This document shows, in pieces, positions 27,600 through 29,824 of a stretch of DNA of 29,824 nucleotides. A program made the position numbers and the translations under genes. Under the pieces are notes generated by a model that saw nothing but the letters and a program-made list of their open reading frames with translations, did not search any database and had not been told where the DNA came from. The DNA comes from Synechococcus sp. (lineage in GTDB: Bacteria; Cyanobacteriota; Cyanobacteriia; Thermostichales; PCC-7336). Positions within the stretch are counted from its first letter, which is position 1. Each line of letters opens with the position of its first letter. The stretch is taken from the NCBI GenBank assembly GCA_051439425.1, contig JBFRWD010000159.1, forward strand, positions 1 through 29,824, written 5' to 3'.

Positions 27600-28140
27600 A
27601 TGCATTCTCTAAACTTGGTGGGGTTGAGGAGCAATCCAGATCGCTCGTTCGTGTGGCGGAGGATGTGCCGGATCCTTCAACAATATTTTGGCTTGGGAGA
27701 GTACAAGGACGACCGATCCTTTGCTCTGACTTAACGATTACGGGCAAGACAGAATGGACGGAATCTCGAAGGTAGCACACCGACAATACAGTGCGGACTC
27801 GCGAGCTTGTGTGCCGATCGCTTAGAGAAGCAGAGTCGTCTTTGTCCAGACTTTTTTGAGGACTATGAGTTAACGGCTAGGCAGACTCTGGAATCTCGTT
27901 AGTCTGTCTTGTCAGACATGGAGCATTCTCTGCTAGAAAACACAGTCACCATCAGACAGACGGCTTTAGGCATAAAATTATACGAAAAATATTTAAAATG
28001 ACACGCAACTTTGGCTGCCAAATTGATGATTGCTACTAACTTAATACAGGGTTTATGTAGGCGCTGAAAGTTCATCAAAAGTCTATGAATTTCTGCCTCC
28101 TGATTGGGAAATTTCAAATCAGTAGGATGTGTTGAGACCG

Positions 28141-28329
28141 ATGAGAATGTATACCTTAAATGCCAGAACAATCTTGCAAGATAGCGTTAAGAGCAAGTCT
28201 ATTCCTGTAGATGCATGTCGTTATCTACGGCGTCTGATGTCGCAAGATACTCTCGATATTGAAGACCGATTGGCCATTTGTATTCTGGAACAATCCATTT
28301 GGAATGGCGACATTGATGTAGAGGGCTAA
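28141..28329 (+). CDS. Small cyanobacterial helical hypothetical protein (about 60 aa)
   Basis: ATG ORF after an AT-rich promoter-like region. The pattern R.IL......I....YLRRL......ED..A..IL..SI..G.I resembles small proteins recurrent in cyanobacteria (recalled, not searched). Confidence 0.55.
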   Translation: MRMYTLNARTILQDSVKSKSIPVDACRYLRRLMSQDTLDIEDRLAICILEQSIWNGDIDVEG

Positions 28330-28460
28330 GCTCTGTCCGTTTAACGAGTGAAGTTGGCGAGGGAAGACTCGTTCTGGCTGGACGGAGCTGCTGCCCGAGC
28401 TCGGGTTACAGCACTACAGTTTCTAGCTGTGTCGAGCCTCTTAGAAACGGTGCTTTGTTG

Positions 28461-28706
28461 CTAATGTAACGATCGCATTCGGCGGGCCAGTTCCCGCAAA
28501 CCGTCATTCAGCGGCACCTGTTCGGACTCCATATACGCGCGCACAACTTGAGCTTTAGCTAAGCTGTCGATCGCCGTTTCCCGTGAAGTCGTTTGGTGGG
28601 ACAACTGACAATAGCTATGCCCCTCGGAGATTTCGCTTGATAGACACTGTTCGAGTTGTTGGGCAGAGTAGCTTTGGGCTAGTTCTTTGACGGCAAGTAT
28701 ATTCAT
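28461..28706 (-). CDS. Conserved-looking hypothetical protein (81 aa)
   Basis: ATG ORF with amphipathic helices, two Cys residues and the C-terminus LAKAQVVR...L.DGLRELARRMR. Confidence 0.7.
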   Translation of the reverse strand: MNILAVKELAQSYSAQQLEQCLSSEISEGHSYCQLSHQTTSRETAIDSLAKAQVVRAYMESEQVPLNDGLRELARRMRSLH

Positions 28707-28894
28707 GTCAACACAGCCATATTAGCTATAGATCAACGTATCACCGGGATCGGGCACACACGATCGCCCTCGGTTTTTGTTAATAAAGTGACATTGTTTG
28801 TAGCGTGCTTGGAATGAAATCTGCGGACATCTACATAGTCCGGACTAAGGGATAGTGTTACTTGCAGGAAGTTAAATCGTTGTTTTGCGCTCAT

Positions 28895-29824
28895 TCAATT
28901 GCCTGTCGCGAGTGTTGATGGTACTCGAAGACAGAGAACCCCAGCCCGCACTCCCATCATTGTGGAGAGACCCAGCCAGAGAAAGTGGGGATTGTATTGC
29001 CAAAGGGCGATCCCCGCGCAGGGAAGAAAGCCGAGGACTGTGCCCCATACTGTTGAATTGCGTAAACTGCTGCCTGCGGTGAGCCCTAGGAAATAGCCGT
29101 CGAGCATAAATGCCAATGCCCCCAATGCTAGGGAGGGAATGAGCCACGGAACAAATCCTAGAGCGGTTTCGATGACATCGGGGCGATCGGTCAACAGGCC
29201 CAATAAAGGGTGCGGGAAGCGGGCAAAAACCAGGGCAACTGCAAGTCCAGCTGCCTCGCCGGATAAGCCAGACAGCCACAATAGCGATCGCAGACTACTA
29301 CGCAGACCGCGTCCATCGAGTATGCCTGCCAAACTTTCGGTGGCAAATGCCAACCCATCGGTGATGTAAGCGCCGAGTACAAAGACTTGGAGTAAGAGGG
29401 CATTGGCCGCCAATATGGTTGTGTTGAGGAGGGAGCCAATATTGGTAAAGATGGCAAACGTAGTCATCAACGCAAACGTGCGTACCATTAAATTGGCATT
29501 GAGTGAGAATGCAGACGCGATCGCCGATTTACACCAGATGTCAGGCCATGCTTTTCGCCAGTGAATGGCTTGCAATGCGGGAGCGACTGCTATCAGTCCC
29601 ACCACGGTCATAGCAAGCTGACTGAGGCTGGTGCCCCACCCCGCGCCTGCCGCTCCCCAGCCCCATTGGGCGATGAAGTAGTAATTCAGTACGACGTTGG
29701 TGGTGTTTCCCACAAGTGTGAGCAGTAAGACAATTCCGCTGCGGGCTTGCCCTAAGAACCAGCCCACCAGTACGTAATTCAACAAACTGGGGAGTGCTCC
29801 CCAAACGCGAGCGTTGAAATATCC
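28895..29824 (-). CDS. MATE family efflux transporter (DinF-like), 5' part outside the window
   Basis: The frame is open to the window edge (GYFNARVWGALPSLLNYVLVGWFLG..), with N.VLNY.FI..WGWG.AGAG, LAANA.LLQ, DGLAFATESL.G and LDGYFLG motifs. Confidence 0.9.
   Translation of the reverse strand, partial: GYFNARVWGALPSLLNYVLVGWFLGQARSGIVLLLTLVGNTTNVVLNYYFIAQWGWGAAGAGWGTSLSQLAMTVVGLIAVAPALQAIHWRKAWPDIWCKSAIASAFSLNANLMVRTFALMTTFAIFTNIGSLLNTTILAANALLLQVFVLGAYITDGLAFATESLAGILDGRGLRSSLRSLLWLSGLSGEAAGLAVALVFARFPHPLLGLLTDRPDVIETALGFVPWLIPSLALGALAFMLDGYFLGLTAGSSLRNSTVWGTVLGFLPCAGIALWQYNPHFLWLGLSTMMGVRAGVLCLRVPSTLATGN

Larger units (their letters stand above)
278..29525. repeat. HIP1 octamer GCGATCGC dispersed across the window
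   Basis: At least 20 copies counted by eye (for example near 278, 827, 880, 2101, 2220, 2321, 7815, 14251, 16952, 19131, 19907, 26586 and 29285), versus fewer than one expected by chance. Confidence 0.9.

Noticed and set aside
27700..27790. Possible guanidine-II or glutamine riboswitch, NtcA box, or IsaR1-like AAGGATCGG upstream of the cysteine hydrolase
   Set aside because: The ACGR loops lack stems and are on the wrong strand, there is no GTA-N8-TAC, and the flanking IsaR1 features are absent.
28895..29824. MATE gene as a marker of a toxin (guanitoxin-type) cluster
   Set aside because: DinF-like MATE transporters are widespread in cyanobacteria and no biosynthetic genes are adjacent within the window.

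Overview
Cyanobacterial chromosomal segment (at least 20 HIP1 octamers GCGATCGC, an hli gene and argZ). The acidic exported proteins and a cation-chloride cotransporter hint at a marine or halotolerant strain, which is inference. Most of the window is housekeeping or accessory metabolism: hli, a UbiA-family prenyltransferase, argZ/agrE, a purple-acid-phosphatase-like protein, MPBQ/MSBQ methyltransferase, DUF1499- and DUF2993-like proteins, cbiT, an ArnT-like GT39, a class V aminotransferase, a long coiled-coil protein, an orphan m5C DNA methyltransferase, an SLC12-like transporter, a lipoprotein, an O-antigen ligase/Wzy, a cysteine hydrolase plus cupin pair, two small conserved-looking proteins and a 5'-truncated MATE gene. 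The most coherent unit is an iron-stress island at about 9.9-14.7 kb (futA/idiA divergent from piuC, dpsA, an Asr1405-family gene and an IdiC-like [2Fe-2S] gene), with several Fur-type boxes and a perfect CRP-family box. I found no transposase, CRISPR array, tRNA or rRNA. No clearly new multi-gene system is proven from sequence alone. The best leads are the iron island's dual regulation and hidden micro-ORF, a coiled-coil protein with an FtsZ-tail-like C-terminus behind NrdR-like operators, the orphan cysteine hydrolase-cupin pair, and a perfect 17-bp inverted repeat.
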